From the IMG/VR virus record IMGVR_UViG_3300042486_001633: a stretch of 54,493 nt of DNA; one strand, 5' to 3'. Below the pieces are notes generated by a model. It searched no databases. It was not told the DNA's origin and was given only the letters and a program-made list of their open reading frames with translations. This document shows, in pieces, positions 38,330-49,592 of this stretch. Positions within the stretch are counted from its first letter, which is position 1. Each line of letters begins with the position of its first letter. The stretch comes from an uncultured virus (IMG/VR IMGVR_UViG_3300042486_001633). Its lineage: Duplodnaviria > Heunggongvirae > Uroviricota > Caudoviricetes. A program made the translations under genes and the position numbers.

Positions 38330-38357
38330 AAAAGAGACAGCGCGGGCTGTCTCTTTT
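38330..38357. terminator. intrinsic terminator after groEL
   Basis: Perfect 12-bp stem AAAAGAGACAGC-gcgg-GCTGTCTCTTTT. Confidence 0.85.
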
Positions 38358-38385
38358 TATTAAAGTTGCATAAAAATGGCCGTGA

Positions 38386-40787
<2,402 letters not shown>

Positions 40788-40789
40788 TA

Positions 40790-41542
40790 TTAATTGCTTT
40801 GTAGCTGGTAATCTTCTACTACAGGCAGACCGGAAAGTTTCAAAATTATTTGAGCAGTGGCCATTACGTCTTTTTCGCAATATTTGGTGATACGAGCAAT
40901 ATCTCGATCTTGCCAAAAAACCTGACCGACTTCGTCTCCTCGGATATCGTCCTTTGGAGTCTCTAAGCCAAGAGAAGTAGCTAATAACTCAAGTGAAGCA
41001 AAACTTTCTTGCCATGCACCAAAGCTCCACAATTCAGAAGTATCAACAAAAGGCATTTCCCAAGGTTTCAAATTTTGTATTTGTAAACCTTTCGGTAATT
41101 GCGAGCCAGACATAATAATTCTCTTGCACATCATTGGAATATCAAAGCGCTTGATATTATGTCCAACAAATTTATTGCTGGCAAATGAAGTAAAAACTTT
41201 TTGAATTCCAGCAAGAACGGGTGATTCATCTAATGCTGAATAACTCTTAATTAAGAGAGCTGGTTCAACTCCAGTAATATCGTCTCCCTGAAAAGAGATT
41301 CTTCCAAAGGAAGCACATACAATACGACTAAATTCTGGAGTTAATCCCGCTTTTGCTACATAAAGCTCATCATTACTCATTGCTTTATTTTCTTCAAAGC
41401 GAGTACGAAGATAGTCACATCGTTTCTCCCAAAGTTCAGCCATTTTTGAATTAGCTAAACGTAATTCACTTAATGAAGAATAAGTAGATGCAGTTTCTAG
41501 GTCAAAGAAGACCATTTTTTGAATTTCAGGTTGTGTATACAT
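40790..41542 (-). CDS. stand-alone DEDDy 3'-5' exonuclease (PolB-exo-related)
   Basis: FFDLET, AGLTPEFSRIVC, GHNIKRFDIP, KPWE..VDT and YCEKDV. Confidence 0.88.
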   Translation of the reverse strand: MYTQPEIQKMVFFDLETASTYSSLSELRLANSKMAELWEKRCDYLRTRFEENKAMSNDELYVAKAGLTPEFSRIVCASFGRISFQGDDITGVEPALLIKSYSALDESPVLAGIQKVFTSFASNKFVGHNIKRFDIPMMCKRIIMSGSQLPKGLQIQNLKPWEMPFVDTSELWSFGAWQESFASLELLATSLGLETPKDDIRGDEVGQVFWQDRDIARITKYCEKDVMATAQIILKLSGLPVVEDYQLQSN

Positions 41543-41543
41543 G

Positions 41544-42044
41544 TTATTTAGAGTTAAGTTGTTTTTCTATGTAGTCCGCAATAAGAATCACAGCTTCATC
41601 TTGAATCCACCAGTGTGCTTGATCTCCATTTACAGTAATTGAAAAATCTCCATCAGTAGGATCTAAAACTACCTCATTAAATTCAAGGATAGGATTATGC
41701 TTTTCTTTTTCGCGTTGATCCATTTCTTCACGAAGTTTACGCCAGGTCTCACTATTAATTTTAGTGAAATCAGTTGGAACATAATTATAATATTCAGTAG
41801 CAACTCCACTTGGGCCATGTATAATAATGACATTAAGACTAGACCAGTCACTGACGCGTTTCCAGTTATTAAAGATATAGCTCTTTGCAATATTTGCAAT
41901 GTGCTCTAATGCAGCAAGGTGTTTTCGATACTCGTTTAAATAATTTGACTCTACGTAAAAAGTAGAGTTACGATAAGCTTCTTCGAAATCTGCCTCTGTC
42001 ATAAAGCATGGACTCATTATTGATCCTTGAATTTGGTGTTCCAT
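41544..42044 (-). CDS. hypothetical protein
   Basis: 166-aa ORF in a tightly packed block. Confidence 0.7.
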   Translation of the reverse strand: MEHQIQGSIMSPCFMTEADFEEAYRNSTFYVESNYLNEYRKHLAALEHIANIAKSYIFNNWKRVSDWSSLNVIIIHGPSGVATEYYNYVPTDFTKINSETWRKLREEMDQREKEKHNPILEFNEVVLDPTDGDFSITVNGDQAHWWIQDEAVILIADYIEKQLNSK

Positions 42045-42049
42045 TTTAT

Positions 42050-42466
42050 TTACTCAGTAATTGTAATATTATGTTCCTTACGATAGTCTTGTTCTTTTCG
42101 GTACATTTCATTTGCAAAACTGTCGCCCATGCCACGTTCTTCATTGTAGATAATACATGCAGCAAGCCAATTATCATTCATCTGATTCATCGGTACCCAA
42201 GTAAGAGGTTGAGTACCATCTTTCCCGCGACCACCTCGACATAAATTCTCACGAATTATTTCAAATGGCGAATCTTCATAAATGGTTAGTTCTTCATATG
42301 GAGCTTCTTCGTGTACGATTCTACGTAGGTAGTCAGTTCCACCATCTACCATGTAGTCCTTACCGTTTTTATCGGTATATTGAACATAATCATGTCTGTG
42401 CATTGATTTTAAAATTGTACCATCTGGGGTACGAATTTGATTTACGATAATTCTTTTGTTTTCCAT
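42050..42466 (-). CDS. conserved-looking phage hypothetical protein
   Basis: TPDGTILKSMHRHDYV...MVDGGTDYLRR and RGKDG motifs common in phage hypotheticals. Confidence 0.8.
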   Translation of the reverse strand: MENKRIIVNQIRTPDGTILKSMHRHDYVQYTDKNGKDYMVDGGTDYLRRIVHEEAPYEELTIYEDSPFEIIRENLCRGGRGKDGTQPLTWVPMNQMNDNWLAACIIYNEERGMGDSFANEMYRKEQDYRKEHNITITE

Positions 42467-42496
42467 GTTGTTACTATACTATATTATTTTTAATAA

Positions 42497-43000
42497 TTAA
42501 CTAAAGTTGGTTGATGAAGAAACTCTAAGTCCATCGATATTTCTATCATAATATGTCGGATTGTCAAAATGAGTAGGTCTTCTACTGTTTTTACGTTCCT
42601 GTTCTATATAGAAAGCATCGTATCGCCATCCATTAGGTTGTCCCCAGTCAAGGGCCATTTTAATAAATTCTTCAGGGTCTTCTTCACACCCATATTCGTC
42701 AACTACTCGACCGGCTCTAATAAACTGAAGTAGGGTGGCTTTATTGTTAAAATACCGGTTCTTATGAAAGTTCCAGCAAAAAAGCCAACCTACGCTACGT
42801 TTACCTAGATGAATAGAAAGATCTGAAGTAAATTCATCCCAAGGATTGATTGTGTCCCATTCATTTTCTCCTTGTAAAGTACTAAAATTTCTTTCGATAT
42901 TTGAAGGAGTTAATTCAAGCGACTTAATACGCTTAATAAGCTTAGCTTTACGCTTTTCTACTTCTTCTTCAGTAGGAATACGATAGTAATTAGTTCCCAT
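42497..43000 (-). CDS. hypothetical protein
   Basis: MGTNYY, IHLGKRSVGWLF and VDEYG motifs common in phage hypotheticals. Confidence 0.8.
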   Translation of the reverse strand: MGTNYYRIPTEEEVEKRKAKLIKRIKSLELTPSNIERNFSTLQGENEWDTINPWDEFTSDLSIHLGKRSVGWLFCWNFHKNRYFNNKATLLQFIRAGRVVDEYGCEEDPEEFIKMALDWGQPNGWRYDAFYIEQERKNSRRPTHFDNPTYYDRNIDGLRVSSSTNFS

Positions 43001-43163
43001 TTTTAAGATTGATTAAGTCATAGATTACGCAATTTGTAGCCCAAATAGCGCCTACACCCCAAGCAGTAGCTTCGTCGCTCTGATGATTAAAAAAACAGTA
43101 GAGCGCAAGTAAAATACTGCAAATTGTGCCTATTCCGCTAAAAATTAAAGGTATGTATTTCAT
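42990..43163 (-). CDS. small membrane protein
   Basis: 57 aa from ATG 43163 (track start 43229), with two hydrophobic segments. Confidence 0.6.
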   Translation of the reverse strand: MKYIPLIFSGIGTICSILLALYCFFNHQSDEATAWGVGAIWATNCVIYDLINLKNGN

Positions 43164-43167
43164 GATT

Positions 43168-44112
43168 TTATATAGTTTCAAATTCAAATAATTTAACTGA
43201 AAAAGGGGCAATGGTTTTAGCGTCTTCACGATACTTTAGTACAGCAAGGTCTTTTGCTTTTGCTTCAACTTCAACATCTGCATCTTGACCATAGTCTGGA
43301 ATGTAGTCATAAATGTAGTCAGCATGCGAACGATTAATTACGGTAGCGTCTTCATGGAGAGCCTTTGAACTAGAAAAATGTTGTAGAGGACGATGTCCAT
43401 GCCAAGTAGTAGAGGCAAGACGCGCAGCAGTCTCTGCAGGTAGGTCATTAGTACAAAATCGATGGTGAAAATGATCGAATGTAATTGGACAGCCAACTTT
43501 CATGTAGACACCAGAATAGAGATCAGCTACTCCAAACTGACTTGCTTTGTCATCATTTTCTACGACTAGTCGAGCACGAGTAGACGGGGCGAGTTTTTGG
43601 AAATTTTCACAAAACCTAGCTAGTGCAGACTCTTTGTCTCCATATGAACCACCGATATGGATATTGATTGGTGCATCGTAATTTTGAGGAAGGAGTATAA
43701 GATCCATAATACGAGCGTGTTGATCGAGATCATAAATGGTTTTACGCACAACTTCCTCGTTAGGGGAAGCAAGTACGTCAAACTGACCTGGATGAAAGGA
43801 AAGACGTAAGCTGTGTTGATTAACATATTTGCCAATTTGTTCAGCAATATCCCTGATCTGTTGATAGTTAGGAAGATCTTCAAGACGATACTCGCTCATC
43901 CATGGAAAAATATCACTGGACATGCGATATACTTGGATATCATGTGCAACATTCCACTCTAGTATTTTATGGAGATCTTTAAGATTGAGCTCAGCAAGTT
44001 CGCCAGCATATTTGATACCTTGAGCCAGCCAAGTCTTTTTGACCATTCCTCTGTTAATAGTGATGCCTTGGTCTCGAAGGCTAAGGTTTATGCAGCAATA
44101 TCCTAATCTCAT
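43168..44112 (-). CDS. uvsE: UV DNA damage endonuclease (UvsE/UVDE)
   Basis: MRLGYCCIN, YRMSSDIFPW, SFHPGQF, NIHIGG, LVVENDD, FDHFHH, HADY and VEAKAKD. Confidence 0.95.
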   Translation of the reverse strand: MRLGYCCINLSLRDQGITINRGMVKKTWLAQGIKYAGELAELNLKDLHKILEWNVAHDIQVYRMSSDIFPWMSEYRLEDLPNYQQIRDIAEQIGKYVNQHSLRLSFHPGQFDVLASPNEEVVRKTIYDLDQHARIMDLILLPQNYDAPINIHIGGSYGDKESALARFCENFQKLAPSTRARLVVENDDKASQFGVADLYSGVYMKVGCPITFDHFHHRFCTNDLPAETAARLASTTWHGHRPLQHFSSSKALHEDATVINRSHADYIYDYIPDYGQDADVEVEAKAKDLAVLKYREDAKTIAPFSVKLFEFETI

Positions 44113-44162
44113 AGGATTACTATACTATAAATCTTGTCCATTTTAAAATTTCTCATCTCCGC

Positions 44163-44248
44163 GGGCGGGGGTAGTACTAAGGTACTATCTAGTAATTATT
44201 AAAGAAAGAATATAGACTATCTAGTACTAGCTAGTACTCCCACCCACC
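44163..44248 (-). ncRNA. candidate structured ncRNA or origin-associated RNA
   Basis: GC-rich ends pair on the minus strand. Contains a 16-bp palindrome and 11-bp direct repeats. A promoter-like AACTAT-N14-GTAGAA lies at 44256-44281. Confidence 0.4.
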
Positions 44249-44309
44249 AACCCTCTTCTACTAACGAAAAATAGGATAGTTTTAAAAAATAAATAGTATT
44301 AGGCTGGAG

Positions 44310-44334
44310 AACTTTTAGATAAAGCAAAGTATAA
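44310..44334 (+). promoter_or_regulatory. bipartite promoter AACTTT-N13-GTATAA
   Basis: Full consensus copy upstream of the RuvC-like and late sigma genes. Confidence 0.62.
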
Positions 44335-44368
44335 GCAATATTAGGACTACTAAAATAATATAACATGA

Positions 44369-45031
44369 GTGACTATAATTAGCATAGATTTTTCAATACT
44401 TTATCCAGGAGTTTGTATCTGTAGAGACTTTAAAGACTTTAAATGGATTGCTGTAGTAAACACTAAAGTCAGAAAAAAGGATGAGGACCACTTTGATTGG
44501 ATTAATGCTAATTACCCTAATATTAAAATCCTTAAGACTCAGTCAAAAAGAAAGAAGGACGAACAGTACCATGTTACTGAAAGAATCAAGCTAGATAACT
44601 ATCTAGAACTCATCAACGTACTTATTGGAGAAATTAAAGAAGAGGTTAAGGACGATCCGGAACTTATCGTGTGCCTAGAGGGGATTTCCTTTGGCTCTAG
44701 CGGTAACTCTTTAGTTGATATATCCCAATCTACTGGAGTCTTAAAACACCAAATTGTAACTCAAATACTTAATAATTCTACTGACAGATTTTTCATCTTT
44801 AGCCCCAGCGAACTTAAAAATGCGATCAACTGCAAAGGTAATGCAAACAAACAAGACATTCTAGCTAAATTCAAGAGCGACCCAATTATTGAATCTGTAA
44901 AAAAATCCGATCTCTTTACTCTTTTACACAAAGAGGATTGGGTAATTGAAGGAGATAAAATTTTATCTCCAATCATAGACATGACTGACGCTTACTTAGG
45001 CGTTGTAAAAATCTATGGCCTCTCAAAATAA
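44369..45031 (+). CDS. RuvC-like Holliday junction resolvase
   Basis: IISIDFS, CLEGISFGS, PSELK...GNANK and DMTDAY acidic catalytic pattern. Confidence 0.8.
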   Translation: MTIISIDFSILYPGVCICRDFKDFKWIAVVNTKVRKKDEDHFDWINANYPNIKILKTQSKRKKDEQYHVTERIKLDNYLELINVLIGEIKEEVKDDPELIVCLEGISFGSSGNSLVDISQSTGVLKHQIVTQILNNSTDRFFIFSPSELKNAINCKGNANKQDILAKFKSDPIIESVKKSDLFTLLHKEDWVIEGDKILSPIIDMTDAYLGVVKIYGLSK

Positions 45032-45040
45032 CCACAAACA

Positions 45041-45439
45041 ATGGCTAGAAAAAAACGTGGTGACGTACACTACATTAACAACAAAGATTTTACTAATGCA
45101 ATTATTACAAGTAAAGTGGACGGAGAATTAAATAAGTTTGCAATTGACTGCTTTATTGCCCTTGCTAATCGTGCAGTGGACCGACTTTACTTTAAAGATC
45201 CTAGAGACAGGGAAGACTGTATTCAATCTGCAATCCTAGATTGCTTAAAGTATTGGAGAAGCTTTGATGAGACTAAATCTGAAACACCCAATGCATTCGC
45301 TTACTTTACTCAAATGTGTAAAAACGGATACGCTAAGGAATGGAAAAAGATCCATAAAAAGACTGGCTTAGACAAAGATGATCCGCTGGAATTTATCTCA
45401 TTGGGATATAGCGGAGAAAGTTCAATTTACAGCATTTAA
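45041..45439 (+). CDS. gp55: late-transcription sigma factor (T4 gp55-like)
   Basis: HYINNKDF, DREDCIQSAI, FDETKS and NAFAYFTQ motifs of the gp55 family. Confidence 0.85.
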   Translation: MARKKRGDVHYINNKDFTNAIITSKVDGELNKFAIDCFIALANRAVDRLYFKDPRDREDCIQSAILDCLKYWRSFDETKSETPNAFAYFTQMCKNGYAKEWKKIHKKTGLDKDDPLEFISLGYSGESSIYSI

Positions 45440-45450
45440 TCTCTTAAACT

Positions 45451-45460
45451 AATAAATAAC
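45451..45460 (+). promoter_or_regulatory. putative late promoter (AATAAATAAC)
   Basis: 20 nt before ATG 45481. Confidence 0.6.
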
Positions 45461-45480
45461 ATAAACTATCGTATTTTTTA

Positions 45481-48400
45481 ATGCTTCTTCAAAATCTTAA
45501 CTTTTTTGATAAATTTGGGCGAAATTTAAACCTTCAGCTTAATCAGGACACTAATATTTGGGAAGGTAAGGTCTTTTTCGAAGGAAACTCAATCTATTTG
45601 TTTGATAACGAAAACCTTTTTATGTTAGAAAAGGTGGTAAACAACTATAAATTTCCAGTCCTATCACCAAACCAAAGCTTAATTTTTGAGTGGACATCAA
45701 ATAAAAATAGCGATCAGTTTTTTCTCTATGATGTAGTTAAAGATCTTCAACTTAACGAGAACTTTATCTCTAAAGTCGAGAGCAAGACTATTGCATACTC
45801 AGATATTCATATTGGTGGAACTGCTCCACTTGATTTAAACATTCCTTTACAAGTAAATATCGCATTTTGCCCAACGGATGAGGCAATATTTGAAAGAACC
45901 CTTTCAATCTACTTAAAAACAGGTTCAACCAAGACAAAGATTGCTGAGATCTACTTTTATGGTGAAGGAATTGAAGAAGAAGAGCGTTTTCGCGATTGGG
46001 CAACTAACTTTGGGATTAGATTTCAAAAGGAAGACGCAAATATTCTTAAAGAATATGACATCAAGGAGGCAATCGTTAATATTGAGGACCTCAATCGTGC
46101 AAGAAAAGACTTATTAGTTAGCAAGGAGCACATTTATCCATATATTGGAACCTATAAGGGTCTTGTAAATTTCATCAATATCCTCGGATATCGAGATGTG
46201 TTACAAATTAAAGAATATTGGACAAATGTTAATCCAAAATCGTCTTATTTCAATAAGTTACTCATGGTAGACTTATCTGATTACCTAGATGACGGTAAAA
46301 TTGACAGTTTTGACATATCTGATCGCAATAAAAACATAAAAGAGGGCAGACAATTTCACAAAACAGAATTTTTAGCCCTAGTTTATCAATTTACTCGAGC
46401 AACTGATAATTACGATGACGATGGAGTACCTCTAATTGAGGAAACTACTGAATTTACAGTAAATGAGATCTTCTACAAGCTTAATTTACTAAATGATAAG
46501 TTAAAAAATGAGTTTTTACCCGTAAATGTTAAAATAAAGGACATTATTGGAGAATTTATCTACTTTCAAAAGCTCACAATTAGTTATTGGCTGGACGATA
46601 CTCATATTTTTGACTATGATTTAAACGAGGACGCAACAATTAACGTTTATCCTGACTTAAATGTAAATCTTACGCTTCGTGCTCTTGATCCATTATATCG
46701 TCGCGTTAGCACAAATGGAATTGACTTTGGTGTTGCTCGAATAAACGAGATTGCAAAGAATCCATTTGAATTTGGTCAAAAATATCTAACTGCTGAAGAA
46801 AATACGCGAGTAATTAACAATATTGAAACGTTCTATTCTGAGATTAAGGATCAAAAATTTCCAAGTCTTAGACAAAAACTAACTTGGGAATCTGGTGATG
46901 ATCCTCAACGAATTATTGGAGCACCAGCTGTTTTTACAGTAGATATCGGAAAGTTTACAATTGCTGACCTAAAAGGCGTAAAGCTTGAAGATTTAGATCA
47001 AATTGCTCCAAGTTTACTTCCTTATTGGACTCTTGGCAATATTGATTTTAAGAACTATTATGAAATAACTTGGAGAATCACAAAAGACTCTCCGAATCCC
47101 TATAACTTTGAACACAGAGGCAAAATCGTTGACTTATATCGTATTGCGCACTTCTTACCCTATGCTGGAAAATATAGAGTTACAGTAGAATTACATGACT
47201 TCTATGGAAACACTAGTGTATTTAGTCGATTTGTAACAGTACAGGACGACATGAAACCTGAGATTATTGCCTATTCTAGACTTGAAGACAAGTTTGAATA
47301 TTCAGTCGGTAACTTAGCTAATGTTCAGTTACAAGATTTTGGTGCATCTCCAATCTATTATCCAAAAGTAAACGTTTTGGATAACGAGGACTCTGCTGTA
47401 AAAATTGATATTTACAAGAATTTAATCGAGTGGATCTCTTTCTATAAAACTAGATATGGAATGGGACAAAATCTTTATGATGTTGAACTTTGGGACACAG
47501 ATTTAAACATTTATGTTCCATATACTAGCCCTTTCCAAAAACACCCAAAGAAACTCTATTGGGGATTAGGAGAAGATGACACTCCAGTCAAGATCAAAGA
47601 TCTTAGAAGTATTAAACTTGGTGAGCTATATTGGATGCGATTGACTGATCTCATCTATTTAGATGATTTTGAAGCAGGGTTCTACCTTAGAAATCCAACT
47701 CCTGGTGACGTTATTCAAATTTCCCTTTTCTCAGACTATATCCTACCTAATTTCTCTACACTAGATGAATTAGTGCAGATACTTAATAATAGTGACCATC
47801 CTGGAATAAAATTGTTTAATTACGAGATAATTAACGGGCGCCAGTCGGATAACCAATACATTATCCATGCTCAAGCTAATTACTTAAGTAAGGAAATGTA
47901 TCACATCCTTAATATTTCTGGAGCAGGTAGTCCAGCGAGTCCAACTAGTCCAGGCATAGGTAGCGGTTTACGCGGCGACAAATATACATTCTTCTTACCG
48001 AAGAAAGTATTTTCAAAGTCGCTTATCGATTACATGAAATCAATATCTCCAGTATTTGACGACGAGACCATGTTCCTTCTTGCAAAAACCAGTGATGTTC
48101 TCTCTGGTGCGGTGCAAGATCCAGGATTCTGGAGAGATGAAAGGTACTGGAAATTTGTTAATGACGAGCAGATCGGTTACTTGCCAACCACTATTGACCA
48201 AAATGCATTTAATATTACAGATATTAAGTTATATGAAGAAACCTTTACTGTGCCAGAAAACGGTATTATCTTTTTCGTAATTAACAACTTAGATGGAAAA
48301 AGTGACTTTATTTGGAAATTAACAAACGTTGTGACTGGAGAAGAGATAGTAAAAGCTAAATCCGTGCCGTTCTTTGTATGGAAATTTAAGGATCTCGGTA

Positions 48401-48558
48401 ACTTTACTCTTAGCGTAGAAGTTTTTGATAACCGAAACACAAGATATGTTTCAGAGATTCAAAACTTTATACAAGTTCTTGATAAAAAACAATATACTGG
48501 AAGAATCGAAACTCGGTTAAACGACAGAAAGCGTCGTTTATTAAAGAGTCGAGTTTAA
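45481..48558 (+). CDS. large structural protein, probably baseplate/tail
   Basis: 1025 aa with YIGTYKGL.NFINILGY (baseplate-wedge-like) and Ig/PKD-like strands (GKYRVTVEL, GNFTLSVEVFD). Confidence 0.65.
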   Translation: MLLQNLNFFDKFGRNLNLQLNQDTNIWEGKVFFEGNSIYLFDNENLFMLEKVVNNYKFPVLSPNQSLIFEWTSNKNSDQFFLYDVVKDLQLNENFISKVESKTIAYSDIHIGGTAPLDLNIPLQVNIAFCPTDEAIFERTLSIYLKTGSTKTKIAEIYFYGEGIEEEERFRDWATNFGIRFQKEDANILKEYDIKEAIVNIEDLNRARKDLLVSKEHIYPYIGTYKGLVNFINILGYRDVLQIKEYWTNVNPKSSYFNKLLMVDLSDYLDDGKIDSFDISDRNKNIKEGRQFHKTEFLALVYQFTRATDNYDDDGVPLIEETTEFTVNEIFYKLNLLNDKLKNEFLPVNVKIKDIIGEFIYFQKLTISYWLDDTHIFDYDLNEDATINVYPDLNVNLTLRALDPLYRRVSTNGIDFGVARINEIAKNPFEFGQKYLTAEENTRVINNIETFYSEIKDQKFPSLRQKLTWESGDDPQRIIGAPAVFTVDIGKFTIADLKGVKLEDLDQIAPSLLPYWTLGNIDFKNYYEITWRITKDSPNPYNFEHRGKIVDLYRIAHFLPYAGKYRVTVELHDFYGNTSVFSRFVTVQDDMKPEIIAYSRLEDKFEYSVGNLANVQLQDFGASPIYYPKVNVLDNEDSAVKIDIYKNLIEWISFYKTRYGMGQNLYDVELWDTDLNIYVPYTSPFQKHPKKLYWGLGEDDTPVKIKDLRSIKLGELYWMRLTDLIYLDDFEAGFYLRNPTPGDVIQISLFSDYILPNFSTLDELVQILNNSDHPGIKLFNYEIINGRQSDNQYIIHAQANYLSKEMYHILNISGAGSPASPTSPGIGSGLRGDKYTFFLPKKVFSKSLIDYMKSISPVFDDETMFLLAKTSDVLSGAVQDPGFWRDERYWKFVNDEQIGYLPTTIDQNAFNITDIKLYEETFTVPENGIIFFVINNLDGKSDFIWKLTNVVTGEEIVKAKSVPFFVWKFKDLGNFTLSVEVFDNRNTRYVSEIQNFIQVLDKKQYTGRIETRLNDRKRRLLKSRV

Positions 48559-48591
48559 AAATAATAAATAAACTAAAATAATTTAAAGAAC

Positions 48592-49569
48592 ATGGCATTT
48601 TTACCTGTTTCGTTACCCATTCAAGAAATCCTGTTGACCAATTTCGTTACTGATATTGCAACAATTAGTAATGCTAACGATTTAATCCTTAAAGATAAAC
48701 TTGAAGACTTAATTAATAACTTCGAGTTTGATCTTACTGCGCTATCAATTGGAACGGATAATCCGATCAATTATGTAAGAGCACAGTCATTTATCGTTCA
48801 AGATACGGGAATTACATTCCAAACAGGAACTCCAACCCAAATTATTGCACGATTAGAAAAAAATGCAAGTACTGAGTCAGTATTTACAGTAGATCGTATC
48901 AATGTTAACGTATTAACAACGACCGATCAAGTTAATGTAAACTCCGCAGTAGTCAATGATACTCTAGTAGTTGATGGAACTGCCTTATTCAACAATTCAA
49001 TTGAATACAAAGCATCCATTATCGAATCAAAAGAAACAGTTACTGCAACTTTAACGAATGCCGGAACTCAAGCTGAGGCTAGAATCACTTTAACTAGCTC
49101 TTCTAGAAAAAATATCTTCGTTAAATTAAAAGCAGTTACTGCACCTAACTTAAGTTTTGTGTACGATGGTGTTGGTGGATTTGATCCAGCAATCACTCAA
49201 TTCGTGCTTTATATTGATTTCGATGCAATTAACCCACCAGTTCAAAATACTGCATTTACTATCCATTTAGTAGATATTATTGAAGAAATTACTTCAACAA
49301 GTATATTACCATTTGTTTCAAGTGCGGCTCTTCCAACTATTATTAGAGGAGGAGACAATTTAAGTGCATTACCTACCACTGTTCCAGTGTATTTACACAA
49401 CAATTTAGGTCCAGCAACATACGATATCGGAATCAATCCAGCTAGCTTAACCGTAGGTAACAACGTTGTTTCTTACTATGGCAATAATTTATCTCTTCTC
49501 TATATTCTTGATGAAAATACAGACGACCGACTAATTATTACAAGTTCAGTTGGAATGGAATTCTTTTAA
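48592..49569 (+). CDS. putative structural protein
   Basis: 325 aa, beta-rich (T/V/N). AATAAATAAA lies 19 nt upstream (48563-48572). Confidence 0.7.
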   Translation: MAFLPVSLPIQEILLTNFVTDIATISNANDLILKDKLEDLINNFEFDLTALSIGTDNPINYVRAQSFIVQDTGITFQTGTPTQIIARLEKNASTESVFTVDRINVNVLTTTDQVNVNSAVVNDTLVVDGTALFNNSIEYKASIIESKETVTATLTNAGTQAEARITLTSSSRKNIFVKLKAVTAPNLSFVYDGVGGFDPAITQFVLYIDFDAINPPVQNTAFTIHLVDIIEEITSTSILPFVSSAALPTIIRGGDNLSALPTTVPVYLHNNLGPATYDIGINPASLTVGNNVVSYYGNNLSLLYILDENTDDRLIITSSVGMEFF

Positions 49570-49592
49570 TTTATAAAAAATATAAAAGTTAA

